DNA of 64,000 nucleotides from Gelidibacter sp. (GCF_035515035.1 NZ_DATJCA010000041.1:1705-65704); one strand, 5' to 3'. Positions 12,561 to 22,359 are shown, counted from the first letter of the stretch. Numbers and translations: made by a program. The notes: generated by a model not told the origin, from the letters alone.

Positions 12561-12917
12561 TTGAAAAAAATATATCATTTAAAATCATGCAGTACGTGTA
12601 TCAGGATCATCAAAAGCCTAGAATTACCTTCTGATTTTATTTTTCAAGATATTAAAAGTGAACCGATCACGGCCGAACAATTGGAAGAACTCCACGAGCT
12701 CTCCGGCAGCTATGAGGCCTTATTCAGCAAAAGGGCACAACGGTATAAAGCCTTGGGGCTTAAAGACAAAAATCTGACGGAAAAAGATTTCAAAAATTAT
12801 ATACTTGAACATTACACCTTCTTGAGCCGACCAGTTGTGGTTTTTAACCATCAGATATTTATTGGAAATAGTGCAAAAACCGTAGAAGCCGCGAAGAAAG
12901 CTATTTATGAAGGCTAG
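12561..12917 (+). CDS. ArsC/Spx-family (arsenate reductase-like) protein
   Basis: IYHLKSCSTC CxxC motif; FLSRPVV. Confidence 0.85.
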   Translation: MKKIYHLKSCSTCIRIIKSLELPSDFIFQDIKSEPITAEQLEELHELSGSYEALFSKRAQRYKALGLKDKNLTEKDFKNYILEHYTFLSRPVVVFNHQIFIGNSAKTVEAAKKAIYEG

Positions 12918-13032
12918 AAATACGTCGATCTGTAATGCTCAGAGTTTACGCTAGAACCTCATTGTTTTTGCGTCTCTATTCTAAAAGATCGAAATATAAA
13001 ACATTACTCGTATCGCTAAAAAACCTAAATTC

Positions 13033-13509
13033 TCAACTTAAGTTCACTGGCTTTTTACCAAATTTGCGAGTATCCTCCTTGGTCAAGATTTTAAAATCCT
13101 TGGATTTAGGAAAAGTACCCATCTCCTCTAAAAACTCTGATGGCAATCCTGTTAATTGGCGCGTTTTTAAATTTATCCAAGCGCCCAAAAGCTCACAATT
13201 AGCCAAGTTTTCTCCTTTATCATTGTAGATATTGTGTTCTATCCTAAAAAACATACCGTCCTCACTCAGCCCTGTAACTTCAAGACTAACCCGTATTGGC
13301 GTACCCAAAAAGGCTTCCTTGAAATAAAAAATATGCTCATAAAAAACAACAGGACTGATTTGAAACTTTACAAGATTGGATAATGAAAACCCATGTTCTT
13401 CAAAAAATGCCACACGTGTATGGCTCATAAAATTCACATAAGCTGAATTGGCCAAATGTCTGTTGGCATCTACATCACTCCATCGGATTTCAAAATTCTT
13501 TAAGTACAT
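13033..13509 (-). CDS. Acyl-CoA/acyl-ACP thioesterase (4HBT hot-dog fold)
   Basis: RWSDVDANRHLANSAY motif. Start set at MYLKNF. Confidence 0.88.
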   Translation of the reverse strand: MYLKNFEIRWSDVDANRHLANSAYVNFMSHTRVAFFEEHGFSLSNLVKFQISPVVFYEHIFYFKEAFLGTPIRVSLEVTGLSEDGMFFRIEHNIYNDKGENLANCELLGAWINLKTRQLTGLPSEFLEEMGTFPKSKDFKILTKEDTRKFGKKPVNLS

Positions 13510-13719
13510 AGTTTTTAGAATGTAGAGGATAGATTTTAGAAAATAGATCTGATTTAACACATTTAAAAATCACCACTAGATTAACAAGCCCACCTCCAGG
13601 TTAAAATTTAAAGAAGCAAATTTAGAATTTTTAAATGTCTCGGACACAATTCCATCGATTTATTATCTTATGAAAACTGATGATTTTCATTACCTTTGTG
13701 CAACTTTTAAAATAAGTCC

Positions 13720-14577
13720 ATGATACACTCCATGACCGGTTACGGAAAATCTGTAATTCAGCTTCCTACTAAAAAAATATCAATTGAGATCAAGTCGCTT
13801 AACAGCAAAAATCTCGACCTGAATACAAGAATGCCCTCTTTATACCGAGAAAAAGAATTAGATATTCGCAAATTGATCGCTTCAAAATTGGAACGTGGCA
13901 AAATTGATTTTTCTATGTACATGGAAATTACCGGCGAAGAAACTTCTACACAAATCAATAAAACAGTGGTCAAACAGTACATCAAGCAGTTGAAAGAAGT
14001 GGTGGATGGTGACGAAACAGAATTGCTTAAAATGGCCATCCGATTACCAGACGCCGTGACTACGGAACGTGATGAGATGGATGAAGACGAATGGGGCGAA
14101 ATTGCTGCAGAAATCAACATCGCCTTGGACAAAATACAACAATACCGTCTCGATGAAGGCAAAAGCTTGGAATCTGAATTTTTTGATCGTGTTGAAAATA
14201 TATCTAATTTATTAGAGGAGGTTATTGCTATGGACCCCGACCGTATTGAAGCGGTGAGAGAACGTTTGCACAAGGGTGTTGCTGAATTGAAAGAAAAAGT
14301 TGACGAAAATCGCTTCGAGCAGGAATTGGTTTTCTATATCGAAAAATTCGACATTACGGAAGAAAAAGTACGCCTAAAAAACCATTTGGACTATTTCATC
14401 AAAGCACTTAAGAGTGATGATTCCAACGGTAAAAAATTAGGATTTATCAGCCAGGAGATGGGACGTGAAATCAACACCATCGGTTCAAAAAGCAACCATG
14501 CACCTATGCAGAAATTAGTGGTTCAGATGAAAGACGAATTGGAAAAAATTAAAGAACAACTGCTGAATGTACTATAG
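13720..14577 (+). CDS. yicC: YicC/YloC family endoribonuclease
   Basis: SMTGYG, EIKSLNSK, GKKLGFISQEMGREINTIGSK; upstream of gmk. Confidence 0.93.
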   Translation: MIHSMTGYGKSVIQLPTKKISIEIKSLNSKNLDLNTRMPSLYREKELDIRKLIASKLERGKIDFSMYMEITGEETSTQINKTVVKQYIKQLKEVVDGDETELLKMAIRLPDAVTTERDEMDEDEWGEIAAEINIALDKIQQYRLDEGKSLESEFFDRVENISNLLEEVIAMDPDRIEAVRERLHKGVAELKEKVDENRFEQELVFYIEKFDITEEKVRLKNHLDYFIKALKSDDSNGKKLGFISQEMGREINTIGSKSNHAPMQKLVVQMKDELEKIKEQLLNVL

Positions 14578-14720
14578 TGGGCAGTCTTCAGTAGGCATTA
14601 GACGGTTAGCGGTGGGAAGATTATCGTTTGATTAACGATTAGCGACCCGTCTACACGTGCCATTAAGGTACGTGCGGATTGAGGAATGTTGATTTTTGAA
14701 TATCAATTAACAGTCAGTAC
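14575..14720. repeat. 7-bp-periodic degenerate tandem array interrupted by a hairpin
   Basis: TAGTGGG CAGTCTT CAGTAGG CATTAGA CGGTTAG CGGTGGG ... TAACGAT TAGCGAC, then hairpin CACGTGCC-ATTAA-GGTACGTG, then GGATTGA GGAATGT TGATTTT TGAATAT. Confidence 0.65.
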
Positions 14721-14798
14721 CAATCAGATAAGTTCATGATACAAACTAATAAAATTTCCTTTTAATTGGAAAACTATATATTTAAAAATTATTAATTA

Positions 14799-15404
14799 GT
14801 GACGAAACTTAAAGACATCCCAGGTCAAGGGAAACTCATCGTATTCTCAGCGCCTTCGGGCTCAGGCAAAACAACACTTGTGAGACATTTACTCCAACAG
14901 GAAGAACTTAATTTGGAGTTTTCCATTTCGGCAACATCCAGAGAAAAAAGGAACAACGAGACCGACGGTAAGGATTATTATTTCTTAGACGCTCAGGCAT
15001 TTAAAAACCGGATTAAAAATGATGAATTCTTAGAATGGGAAGAAGTCTATCGCGATAACTTTTACGGGACTTTAAAAACCGAAGTGAAGCGTATCTGGGC
15101 CAAAGGAAAAAATGTCATCTTTGATATTGATGTTTCTGGAGGTTTACGTATCAAACGAAAATTCCCTGATCAAACCATTGCCATCTTTGTAAAACCACCT
15201 AGTATAGACGAATTAAAGATTCGTTTAAAAAAGCGTCAGACGGAAAGCAATGATAAGATCAATATGCGTATTGCTAAGGCATCCGCCGAATTGGCGACTG
15301 CACCGCTGTTTGATGTCATAGTAATTAACGATGATCTTGATAAAGCCATTGCCGAATCGTACAAATTGGTGTCCGACTTTGTCAATGGAGATAGTCATAA
15401 ATAA
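14799..15404 (+). CDS. gmk: Guanylate kinase
   Basis: SAPSGSGKTT P-loop, SATSR, DYYF, FLEWEEVY...YGT. Confidence 0.96.
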   Translation: MTKLKDIPGQGKLIVFSAPSGSGKTTLVRHLLQQEELNLEFSISATSREKRNNETDGKDYYFLDAQAFKNRIKNDEFLEWEEVYRDNFYGTLKTEVKRIWAKGKNVIFDIDVSGGLRIKRKFPDQTIAIFVKPPSIDELKIRLKKRQTESNDKINMRIAKASAELATAPLFDVIVINDDLDKAIAESYKLVSDFVNGDSHK

Positions 15405-15416
15405 AAAAAAATACAG

Positions 15417-15995
15417 ATGAAAATCGGACTCTACTTTGGCACGTTTAATCCTATTCATATTGGCCATCTCATTATTGCCAACCATATGGCCGAACATAGC
15501 GATCTTGACCAAATTTGGTTTGTAGTTACGCCTCAAAGTCCGTTTAAAGTCAAAGCGTCCATGCTTGATAATCACGATCGTTTCGAAATGGTGTATCGGG
15601 CCACGGCAGACTATCCTAAATTGCGCGCCAACGACATCGAATTTGGGATGCCTCAACCCAACTACACCATCAACACACTTGCCTATTTACAAGAGAAATA
15701 TCCAATGCATGAGTTCGCATTGATTATGGGTGAAGACAACCTAAAAAGTCTCCATAAATGGAAGAACTACCAATTGATCTTGGCCAACCATCATATCTAT
15801 GTTTATCCAAGATTATCAGAAGGAAAAGTTGAATCCCAATTTGATCAACATCCAAAGATCCATAAGGTCTCTGCTCCTATTATGGAATTATCCTCTACGT
15901 TTATAAGACAATCCATAAAAGAGGGCAAAAACGTTAAACCCATGTTGCCCGAACATGTTTGGGAATATCTGGATGAAATGAATTTTTATCGGTAA
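15417..15995 (+). CDS. nadD: Nicotinate-nucleotide adenylyltransferase
   Basis: GTFNPIHIGH, YTINTL, IMGEDN, SSTFIR. Confidence 0.96.
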   Translation: MKIGLYFGTFNPIHIGHLIIANHMAEHSDLDQIWFVVTPQSPFKVKASMLDNHDRFEMVYRATADYPKLRANDIEFGMPQPNYTINTLAYLQEKYPMHEFALIMGEDNLKSLHKWKNYQLILANHHIYVYPRLSEGKVESQFDQHPKIHKVSAPIMELSSTFIRQSIKEGKNVKPMLPEHVWEYLDEMNFYR

Positions 15996-16014
15996 ACACA
16001 TCCCCGCCAGCATA

Positions 16015-16047
16015 AAACCTCTCAGGTTTTTAAAACCTGAGAGGTTT
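16015..16047. repeat. Perfect palindrome with 16-bp arms (flavobacterial REP-type; probable bidirectional terminator)
   Basis: AAACCTCTCAGGTTTT-T-AAAACCTGAGAGGTTT between convergent nadD and the 16053 gene; each arm is itself a mini-palindrome. Confidence 0.8.
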
Positions 16048-16052
16048 CCTAA

Positions 16053-17852
16053 TTACAACACAGGAATTTCAATCGCATCTATTTCATCCTTATAGATCAT
16101 AATATCGGATTGAATCTCATTTTTATTCAAATGAAACGTTTCTTCGAAAAGACCTTGATAGTATACAATCCCCTCTAATAAATTACTCTTAAAAACCGAC
16201 CATTTCTTTATGTTTTTAATAGTTAATTCATCAGTAAAGGTCGCGATATCATTTTTCAAATAATCCACATACATTTTTAATTCCTTTACAAACATATTCG
16301 GTCGGTAAGTTTGCGAAAGTACTGACTGACCTCCATAAATATGCTGCACCATTTGGGACAAAGAAACTTCTTTATCAAAATAAGCCAAATTGGGCCCTGG
16401 ACAGATGACCACACCTTGTTGTTGACCTTTGACAGGAATGTCGTTTTCAAGATAGGACGCATTAGCCAAACCAACACAAAGGCACGCCTTTTCAGTAATT
16501 TTATTTTTAGCGATTTCATAATGCGAAGATGGCATCGTCTCCTTTTTCAAATCCAATTCAGATAGTTTCACATCTTGATATTTCTTTGATGCGGTACAAA
16601 TACCTTCCGGTCCAAACTCTTTACTTAAAGCCAAAAACTTTTTAGGGCAGGAACTTCCTGCTTTATTATTAGCAATCCGGTCTTGCTTATAAAACTCATT
16701 TGAAGTGCCTTTAAGTGTGTTAAAAGGCACACCTAGTGGTGAAATATCACTTAAATACAAATCGGCTTCCTTAGCCTCTGCCATGAGTTTTCGTGTTTCA
16801 TTATCTACAGAGGTCGCTTCAGGAACTAATAGAAATGGTGTTCCCCAACCTACAGAATCTACCTGATAGTTATCAATTAGAAACTCATGTTCAGCCGCAG
16901 TACCCACGCCGCCTTGGACCGTAATCCTAATCTCTAAGTGATGTTCTGGAACATCTGTCTGTTTATCTACCAAAGCCTTTACAAAAACAGCATGCGTGCC
17001 TTGGAGTAACTCCGTTTTTTTACTTTTAAATTCCTCCAAAATTGGTCCTAATAAAAATCCTTCGGTTGCAAAGGCATGACCACCACAATTCAAGCCAGAT
17101 TCCACACGGTATTCTGAAACCCAAAGTCCTTTTTTGGCTAAGTATTTCCCTTGGATCAATGCAGATCGGAAATCGCTCACCTTTAAAATAATTTTCTTTT
17201 TTAATTGGCCTTTGGCATCCGGATAAAAATCTTTGAAATTTTCAAAATAGCTATATAATCTTGGATTCATCCCAGCAGAAAGCACAACGGAAGAAGACAA
17301 ATTACTATTTGCAAAACCACGGAGCGATGCATGGGCATCATTGTATTCTACCGGTAATTGCTCAGAGCCCTCGAAATTATCTTTATCAATTTTGGTCATG
17401 ATGTTCACATCAATTTCTCCGGCAGACAAATGTGTATCGATATAATTTTTAATACTTTCCTTTATCAGCATCCCCTCTTCCAGCATTTTTAAAAGACCTT
17501 CTTTTATGCTCGATTTATGAGGAAGCATGCCTACAAAGTTTTCTAGGGCAGATTTGCTTTCTGACAATTCTTCCTTAAATTTTTTAAACTTGTCCTTAAC
17601 GATGATATCCACTACATTCAAATACGCTGTAATACGTTTGGCGCGATAATCGTCTACTTTTTTGGAAATCTCTTGATAGGGTAAACTGAATTTCTGACTA
17701 TAAAAAGCAGTCATCTTTTCTATAAGGTCGTCATCAATAATAGAGATGACGGAGGAAATACCAAATTGCGCCACACGAATGGGACTATCTATGGTATAAG
17801 CTAAACCCATAACAGGAATATGAAAACTGTGGGCTTGTTGGATGGCTATCAT
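16053..17852 (-). CDS. Conserved hypothetical protein, distant nitronate monooxygenase/FabK/FabX-like FMN TIM-barrel with Cys cluster
   Basis: HIPVMG, ESGLNCGGH, QGGVGT, VGWGTPFL, SPLGVPF, and Cys in SSCPKK, GICTAS, ACLCVGL, VICPG. Start set at ATG 17852. Confidence 0.6.
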   Translation of the reverse strand: MIAIQQAHSFHIPVMGLAYTIDSPIRVAQFGISSVISIIDDDLIEKMTAFYSQKFSLPYQEISKKVDDYRAKRITAYLNVVDIIVKDKFKKFKEELSESKSALENFVGMLPHKSSIKEGLLKMLEEGMLIKESIKNYIDTHLSAGEIDVNIMTKIDKDNFEGSEQLPVEYNDAHASLRGFANSNLSSSVVLSAGMNPRLYSYFENFKDFYPDAKGQLKKKIILKVSDFRSALIQGKYLAKKGLWVSEYRVESGLNCGGHAFATEGFLLGPILEEFKSKKTELLQGTHAVFVKALVDKQTDVPEHHLEIRITVQGGVGTAAEHEFLIDNYQVDSVGWGTPFLLVPEATSVDNETRKLMAEAKEADLYLSDISPLGVPFNTLKGTSNEFYKQDRIANNKAGSSCPKKFLALSKEFGPEGICTASKKYQDVKLSELDLKKETMPSSHYEIAKNKITEKACLCVGLANASYLENDIPVKGQQQGVVICPGPNLAYFDKEVSLSQMVQHIYGGQSVLSQTYRPNMFVKELKMYVDYLKNDIATFTDELTIKNIKKWSVFKSNLLEGIVYYQGLFEETFHLNKNEIQSDIMIYKDEIDAIEIPVL

Positions 17853-17879
17853 AATATGATTTGCTAAAAAATTAAGCCT

Positions 17880-17922
17880 CAAATGTAGATAACCTGGAAA
17901 ATTCAAAAGATGACAATTGTCA
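17880..17922 (-). promoter_or_regulatory. Bacteroidota -7 element (TACATTTG) with upstream Crp/Fnr-like palindrome
   Basis: Reverse complement of 17880-17887 is TACATTTG; perfect palindrome TGACAATTGTCA at 17911-17922. Confidence 0.65.
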
Positions 17923-18064
17923 CCGCTTATTAAATCTTATTGTATTATATTGGAGGTTTTGTTCTTACCACCTGTTGGGATTTAGCTTTCAAATATCACA
18001 TCCATGCCATAAAGTCTTCTGGTGATTTCCAGTTTTGTGTCTACCAAAAAGGACTGATTAGGGA

Positions 18065-18424
18065 TTAAAAGTGATAAAACGCATTTTGATAATGCGTTAA
18101 TTCTTCTTTTGTTTTATTCTTCAAAATAGCGATAATATCAAATCGAGATTCCAAATTAATATCGTTTTCAATGATAAAGGCATCCATCGCTTTGACCAAG
18201 AGTTTGATTTTACTTGGCTTCACAAATTCTTGGGGATCACCGAAAAAATCGGAATTTCGGGTTTTGACCTCCACACAAACCATCATGTTGTTATGTTTTG
18301 CAATAATATCAATTTCGGCCTTTTGGAAGAAATAGTTTTTGCACATAATCTCATAACCTTTTGAGAGAAGGTATTCCGCGGCAATTTTTTCGCCAATTTT
18401 ACCAAGTTCGTTGTGGTGTGCCAT
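18065..18424 (-). CDS. yraN: YraN family (UPF0102) endonuclease-like protein
   Basis: LGKIGEKIA, AEIDIIA, VEVKTR, RFDII motifs. Confidence 0.92.
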   Translation of the reverse strand: MAHHNELGKIGEKIAAEYLLSKGYEIMCKNYFFQKAEIDIIAKHNNMMVCVEVKTRNSDFFGDPQEFVKPSKIKLLVKAMDAFIIENDINLESRFDIIAILKNKTKEELTHYQNAFYHF

Positions 18425-18425
18425 T

Positions 18426-18445
18426 ATTCCTGCGAAGGCAGGAAT
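18426..18445. repeat. REP-like palindrome abutting the yraN start
   Basis: ATTCCTGC-GAAG-GCAGGAAT perfect hairpin. Confidence 0.7.
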
Positions 18446-18492
18446 TTCATCCTGCTATTTTGAACTAATTAAAAAGCCACGAATTATGAAAG

Positions 18493-18534
18493 TAGTCTTC
18501 ATTCAGCAGTCGGCAGTCTTCAGTCGGCAGTGAG
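18493..18534. repeat. Six-unit heptamer tandem array
   Basis: TAGTCTT CATTCAG CAGTCGG CAGTCTT CAGTCGG CAGTGAG; same CAGT-NNN unit family as 14575-14616. Confidence 0.7.
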
Positions 18535-18549
18535 CTACTAAGAAAAATC

Positions 18550-19569
18550 CTACTTGTCAAATTTTACCGTTGATACCTCTTTCCCAACGGAAAGTTCAAT
18601 GTTTCGACCAAAAATCATGGCTCTATTATCATCTTCATGTCCGGCCGGCATTTTAAATGCAATAGGAAAATCATAATCAGCCAAGGCATCTAAAATCAAT
18701 TGTTCAATAGAGCTTCCCCATGGGGTGGGGTTTTCCCTTACTTTGGAAAAATCGCCCACAATAACCCCTTTACAATTGTCAAAATAGCCTGCGCGCTTTA
18801 AACTTTGCAACATCCTATCGGTATGGTAAGCATATTCTCCAATTTCTTCAATAAATAGAATCTTACCTGAAGTATCAATGCTGGTTTTAGACCCCAACAG
18901 GGTATGTATCAACGTTAAGTTCCCGCCAACCAATTCACCGGTCACAGTTCCTACTTTGTTATACTCTGACCCTTCTAAGGTATAAGCCAAAGGTTTTCCG
19001 AAAATTGCATCCTTAAAGGTACTGACAGTTTCTTCAATGCCTTTCAGGTCTTTGGTTATGCCTGCAGCCATGATGGCATGAATAGATTCAAAACCTTCAT
19101 TGTGCAATTGGCTGTGTAATGCGGTGATATCAGAATAACCTATCACCCATTTTGGTTTCTTCTTAAATTTGGTATAATCTAATTTATCCAAAATCCGCAC
19201 GGTTCCGTAACCGCCACGTGCTGACCAAATAGCGCTGATGGTTGGATCATCCATCGCCTGTTGAAAATCGGCGCAACGCTCCGCATCGGTTCCTGCAAAA
19301 TGATTACTTTCAGCATAAAGATGTGTTCCCAAAACGGTATGCAATCCCCAACTTGCCATCAGATCTTGGGCATTTTGGATTTCCGCATTTCTATTTTTCA
19401 GAACACCAGATGGCGCCACAATGGCCACCGTGTCTCCAGCTTTCAAATAGGCAGGACGCACAAGCGTTTGCTGTTTCATAGATGATGATTTTTCTTGTGC
19501 AAATAGGTCTTGTGGGCCTAGCCACATAACTATGCAACTTAAAACGAGGGTAAATGATATTTTCGACAT
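18550..19569 (-). CDS. LD-carboxypeptidase (peptidase S66)
   Basis: VAIVAPS, ARGGYG, GYSDITALH (Ser), FIEEIGE (Glu), PAGH (His); signal peptide. Confidence 0.92.
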   Translation of the reverse strand: MSKISFTLVLSCIVMWLGPQDLFAQEKSSSMKQQTLVRPAYLKAGDTVAIVAPSGVLKNRNAEIQNAQDLMASWGLHTVLGTHLYAESNHFAGTDAERCADFQQAMDDPTISAIWSARGGYGTVRILDKLDYTKFKKKPKWVIGYSDITALHSQLHNEGFESIHAIMAAGITKDLKGIEETVSTFKDAIFGKPLAYTLEGSEYNKVGTVTGELVGGNLTLIHTLLGSKTSIDTSGKILFIEEIGEYAYHTDRMLQSLKRAGYFDNCKGVIVGDFSKVRENPTPWGSSIEQLILDALADYDFPIAFKMPAGHEDDNRAMIFGRNIELSVGKEVSTVKFDK

Positions 19570-19638
19570 AATGTAAAAATACATTTTTTTTCTAAATCGA
19601 GGCCAAAATGTGTACTTTTGTGGCTTCTAAAAACAGTG

Positions 19639-19714
19639 CGTCATTGTGAGTAAAAAAAAGCAATCAATCAGTTCAAAACTGAAGTTTGCTGTTTCGTCTT
19701 GTTCCTTGCAATAA
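19639..19714. repeat. Decayed GTCATTGCGAG...GCAATC-type palindromic element in the metG leader
   Basis: GTCATTGTGAG-TAAAAAAAA-GCAATC ... TTTGCT...CCTTGCAATAA, downstream of a TACTTTTG promoter at 19613-19620. Confidence 0.45.
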
Positions 19715-19736
19715 ATCACCATTAAATTACTAGTTG

Positions 19737-21812
19737 ATGAATCAACCTAAAAGATATACCATTACAGCAGCATTGCCATACACCAACGGCGCCATCCATA
19801 TTGGTCATTTGGCGGGAGTTTATGTACCTGCCGATATTTATGCGCGCTATTTAAGATTAATTGGAAAAGACGTCGCCTTTATCTGCGGAAGCGATGAACA
19901 CGGCGTTCCCATTACCATAAAAGCAAAAAAGGAAGGGGTGACACCTCAGGATATTGTGGATAAATACCACGCCATTATCAAAACCTCCTTTGAAGATTTT
20001 GGGATCAGCTTTGATAACTATTCACGGACCACGGCTAAAATCCATCATGAAACGGCTCAAGAATTTTTCAAAACCCTGTACGATAAAGGTGAATTTATTG
20101 AAGAAACTACCGAACAACTTTATGATGAAGAGGCCGATCAATTCTTGGCCGATCGCTTTGTAACGGGAACTTGTCCAAAATGTGGTTATGAGGAAGCGTA
20201 TGGCGACCAATGCGAAAAATGCGGAAGCAGCTTAAATGCTACAGATTTGATCAATCCGAAATCGGCTATCAGTGGCAACGTACCTACTTTAAAACAGACC
20301 AAACATTGGTTTTTACCTTTAGACAAGCATGAAGCATTCTTAAGAGAATGGATTCTGGAAGGTCACAAGAAAGATTGGAAACCTAACGTTTACGGTCAAG
20401 TTAAATCATGGATTGATGATGGCTTGCGCCCAAGAGCAGTCACCAGAGATCTCGATTGGGGCATTCCTGTGCCTGTTGAAGGCGCTGAAGGTAAAGTCTT
20501 ATATGTCTGGTTTGATGCGCCAATTGGTTACATTTCCTCTACCAAGGAATGGGCCGAACGTGTTGGAAAAGATTGGGAACCTTATTGGAAGGACGAAAAC
20601 ACCAAACTGGTGCATTTTATAGGAAAGGATAATATTGTGTTTCACTGTATCATTTTCCCGGCCATGTTGAAAGCAGAAGGTTCTTATATTTTACCCGACA
20701 ATGTTCCGGCCAATGAATTTTTGAATTTAGAAGGCAATAAATTATCCACTTCAAAAAATTGGGCCGTTTGGTTGCCAGAATATTTGGAGGATTTTCCAAA
20801 CCAGCAAGATGTTTTGCGTTATGCACTAACTGCCAATGCCCCAGAAACCAAAGACAACGATTTTACTTGGAAAGATTTCCAGGCCAGAAACAATAATGAA
20901 TTGGTGGCCATTTTCGGAAATTTCATCAATCGTGTGGTGGTGTTGACTGATAAATATTATGACGGCATTGCTCCCGATCCATCAGAATTTAGCGCTGTAG
21001 ATGAAGAAACATTGGCAGCAGTAAAAGCTTATCCAGATGTGATTGCAAGCTCCATAGAACGTTACCGATTTAGGGAAGCGAGCCAAGAACTCCTCAATTT
21101 AGCCAGATTGGGCAATAAATACTTGGCAGATGAAGAACCATGGAAACTGGTAAAAACCGACGAAGCGCGCACCAAAACCATCATGTTTGTGTCACTTCAA
21201 ATAGCGTCGGCTTTGGCCACATTGAGCGAGCCTTTTTTACCATTTACGTCTGATAAATTGAAAACCATTTTGAACATTCATTCTGGTGACGCCAAAAATT
21301 CATGGACGGATATCGCCTCCAAGAAAGTCCTACTTCCTACGGGACACCGGATTGGAAAGGCAGAACTTTTATTTTCAAAAATTGAAGACGAGGCCATCCA
21401 AAGTCAATTGGATAAGCTCATTGCAAGCAAATTAGCCAATGAAGCCGCTAACAAGAAAGTAGAGCCACAAAAAGAAACCATCACTTTTGAGGATTTCTCA
21501 AAGCTGGATCTTCGCGTGGGCACCATTTTGGAAGCTGAAAAAATGCCAAAGGCCAATAAATTATTGGTTTTAAAAATTGACACTGGAATTGACGTACGAA
21601 CGATCGTTTCTGGAATTGCTGAGAGCTTTACTCCGGAAGAAATCATTGGTAAACGCGTCACCGTATTGGTCAATTTAGCGCCAAGAATTTTAAGAGGCGT
21701 TGAGAGTCAAGGGATGATTTTAATGACAGAATCTGAAGATGGAAAACTGGTCTTTGTCAATCCGGACACCTCAACTGAAGCCAAAGTCCCTAACGGTTTG
21801 CAGATTAGCTAA
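19737..21812 (+). CDS. metG: Methionine--tRNA ligase
   Basis: ALPYTNG..HIGH, Zn knuckle CPKC/CEKC, KLSTS, C-terminal tRNA-binding OB domain. Confidence 0.98.
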   Translation: MNQPKRYTITAALPYTNGAIHIGHLAGVYVPADIYARYLRLIGKDVAFICGSDEHGVPITIKAKKEGVTPQDIVDKYHAIIKTSFEDFGISFDNYSRTTAKIHHETAQEFFKTLYDKGEFIEETTEQLYDEEADQFLADRFVTGTCPKCGYEEAYGDQCEKCGSSLNATDLINPKSAISGNVPTLKQTKHWFLPLDKHEAFLREWILEGHKKDWKPNVYGQVKSWIDDGLRPRAVTRDLDWGIPVPVEGAEGKVLYVWFDAPIGYISSTKEWAERVGKDWEPYWKDENTKLVHFIGKDNIVFHCIIFPAMLKAEGSYILPDNVPANEFLNLEGNKLSTSKNWAVWLPEYLEDFPNQQDVLRYALTANAPETKDNDFTWKDFQARNNNELVAIFGNFINRVVVLTDKYYDGIAPDPSEFSAVDEETLAAVKAYPDVIASSIERYRFREASQELLNLARLGNKYLADEEPWKLVKTDEARTKTIMFVSLQIASALATLSEPFLPFTSDKLKTILNIHSGDAKNSWTDIASKKVLLPTGHRIGKAELLFSKIEDEAIQSQLDKLIASKLANEAANKKVEPQKETITFEDFSKLDLRVGTILEAEKMPKANKLLVLKIDTGIDVRTIVSGIAESFTPEEIIGKRVTVLVNLAPRILRGVESQGMILMTESEDGKLVFVNPDTSTEAKVPNGLQIS

Positions 21813-21903
21813 ATTAACGGTTTTACGTAACCAGCTATTTTATTTTGTAAATGGCTTAAAATAGTTTCTTAACTTTGATAAACAAATTAATAAAAAGGTC
21901 ACC

Positions 21904-22359
21904 ATGAAAAATATTATTCGTTTATCATTTTTGACTTGCATCCTACTTTTTAATTGTAAAACGCAAGTGCCACCGCAAGCGCCTTCCAGTAAAGGAGAAA
22001 CACCTTTTATTGGCACAAAATGGGTATTGACCAAACTCAATGAAGACGTCTTGAATCTCACCAAAACTGAATTAGAACAACCATTCATAAAGCTTAGTGC
22101 CAAAGATAATGGCGTAGGCGGCAATGGGGGGTGTAATTCCTTTGGAGGCACATTTACCTTAAAAGACAACCAGCATATAGAATTTTCCCAAATGATGGCA
22201 ACTATGAGATATTGTGAAGGAAGCAGTATTGAAAACATGTTCATGGCCAATTTGCAAAAAGCGGTAAGTTATACTATCAATAATGGCGAATTGACCCTTA
22301 GGGACGAAAACGGCTATGTTTTGGCATCCTTCGAACCAGAATCAGAGAAAACGGACTAA
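21904..22359 (+). CDS. META/HslJ domain lipoprotein
   Basis: Lipobox LLFNC; GNGGCNSFGG and ATMRYC motifs. Confidence 0.88.
   Translation: MKNIIRLSFLTCILLFNCKTQVPPQAPSSKGETPFIGTKWVLTKLNEDVLNLTKTELEQPFIKLSAKDNGVGGNGGCNSFGGTFTLKDNQHIEFSQMMATMRYCEGSSIENMFMANLQKAVSYTINNGELTLRDENGYVLASFEPESEKTD

Noticed and set aside
13758-14273. Long antisense or alternate-frame ORFs (also 8231-8623, 15225-15656, 21840-22250, 25703-26110, 32723-33097, 55811-56182 and others)
   Set aside because: They lie within or opposite well-supported genes, have no recognisable motifs, and show shadow-frame composition.
14575-18534. Heptamer arrays or palindromes as CRISPR repeats
   Set aside because: No 23-47-bp repeats with unique spacers, and no cas genes in the window.
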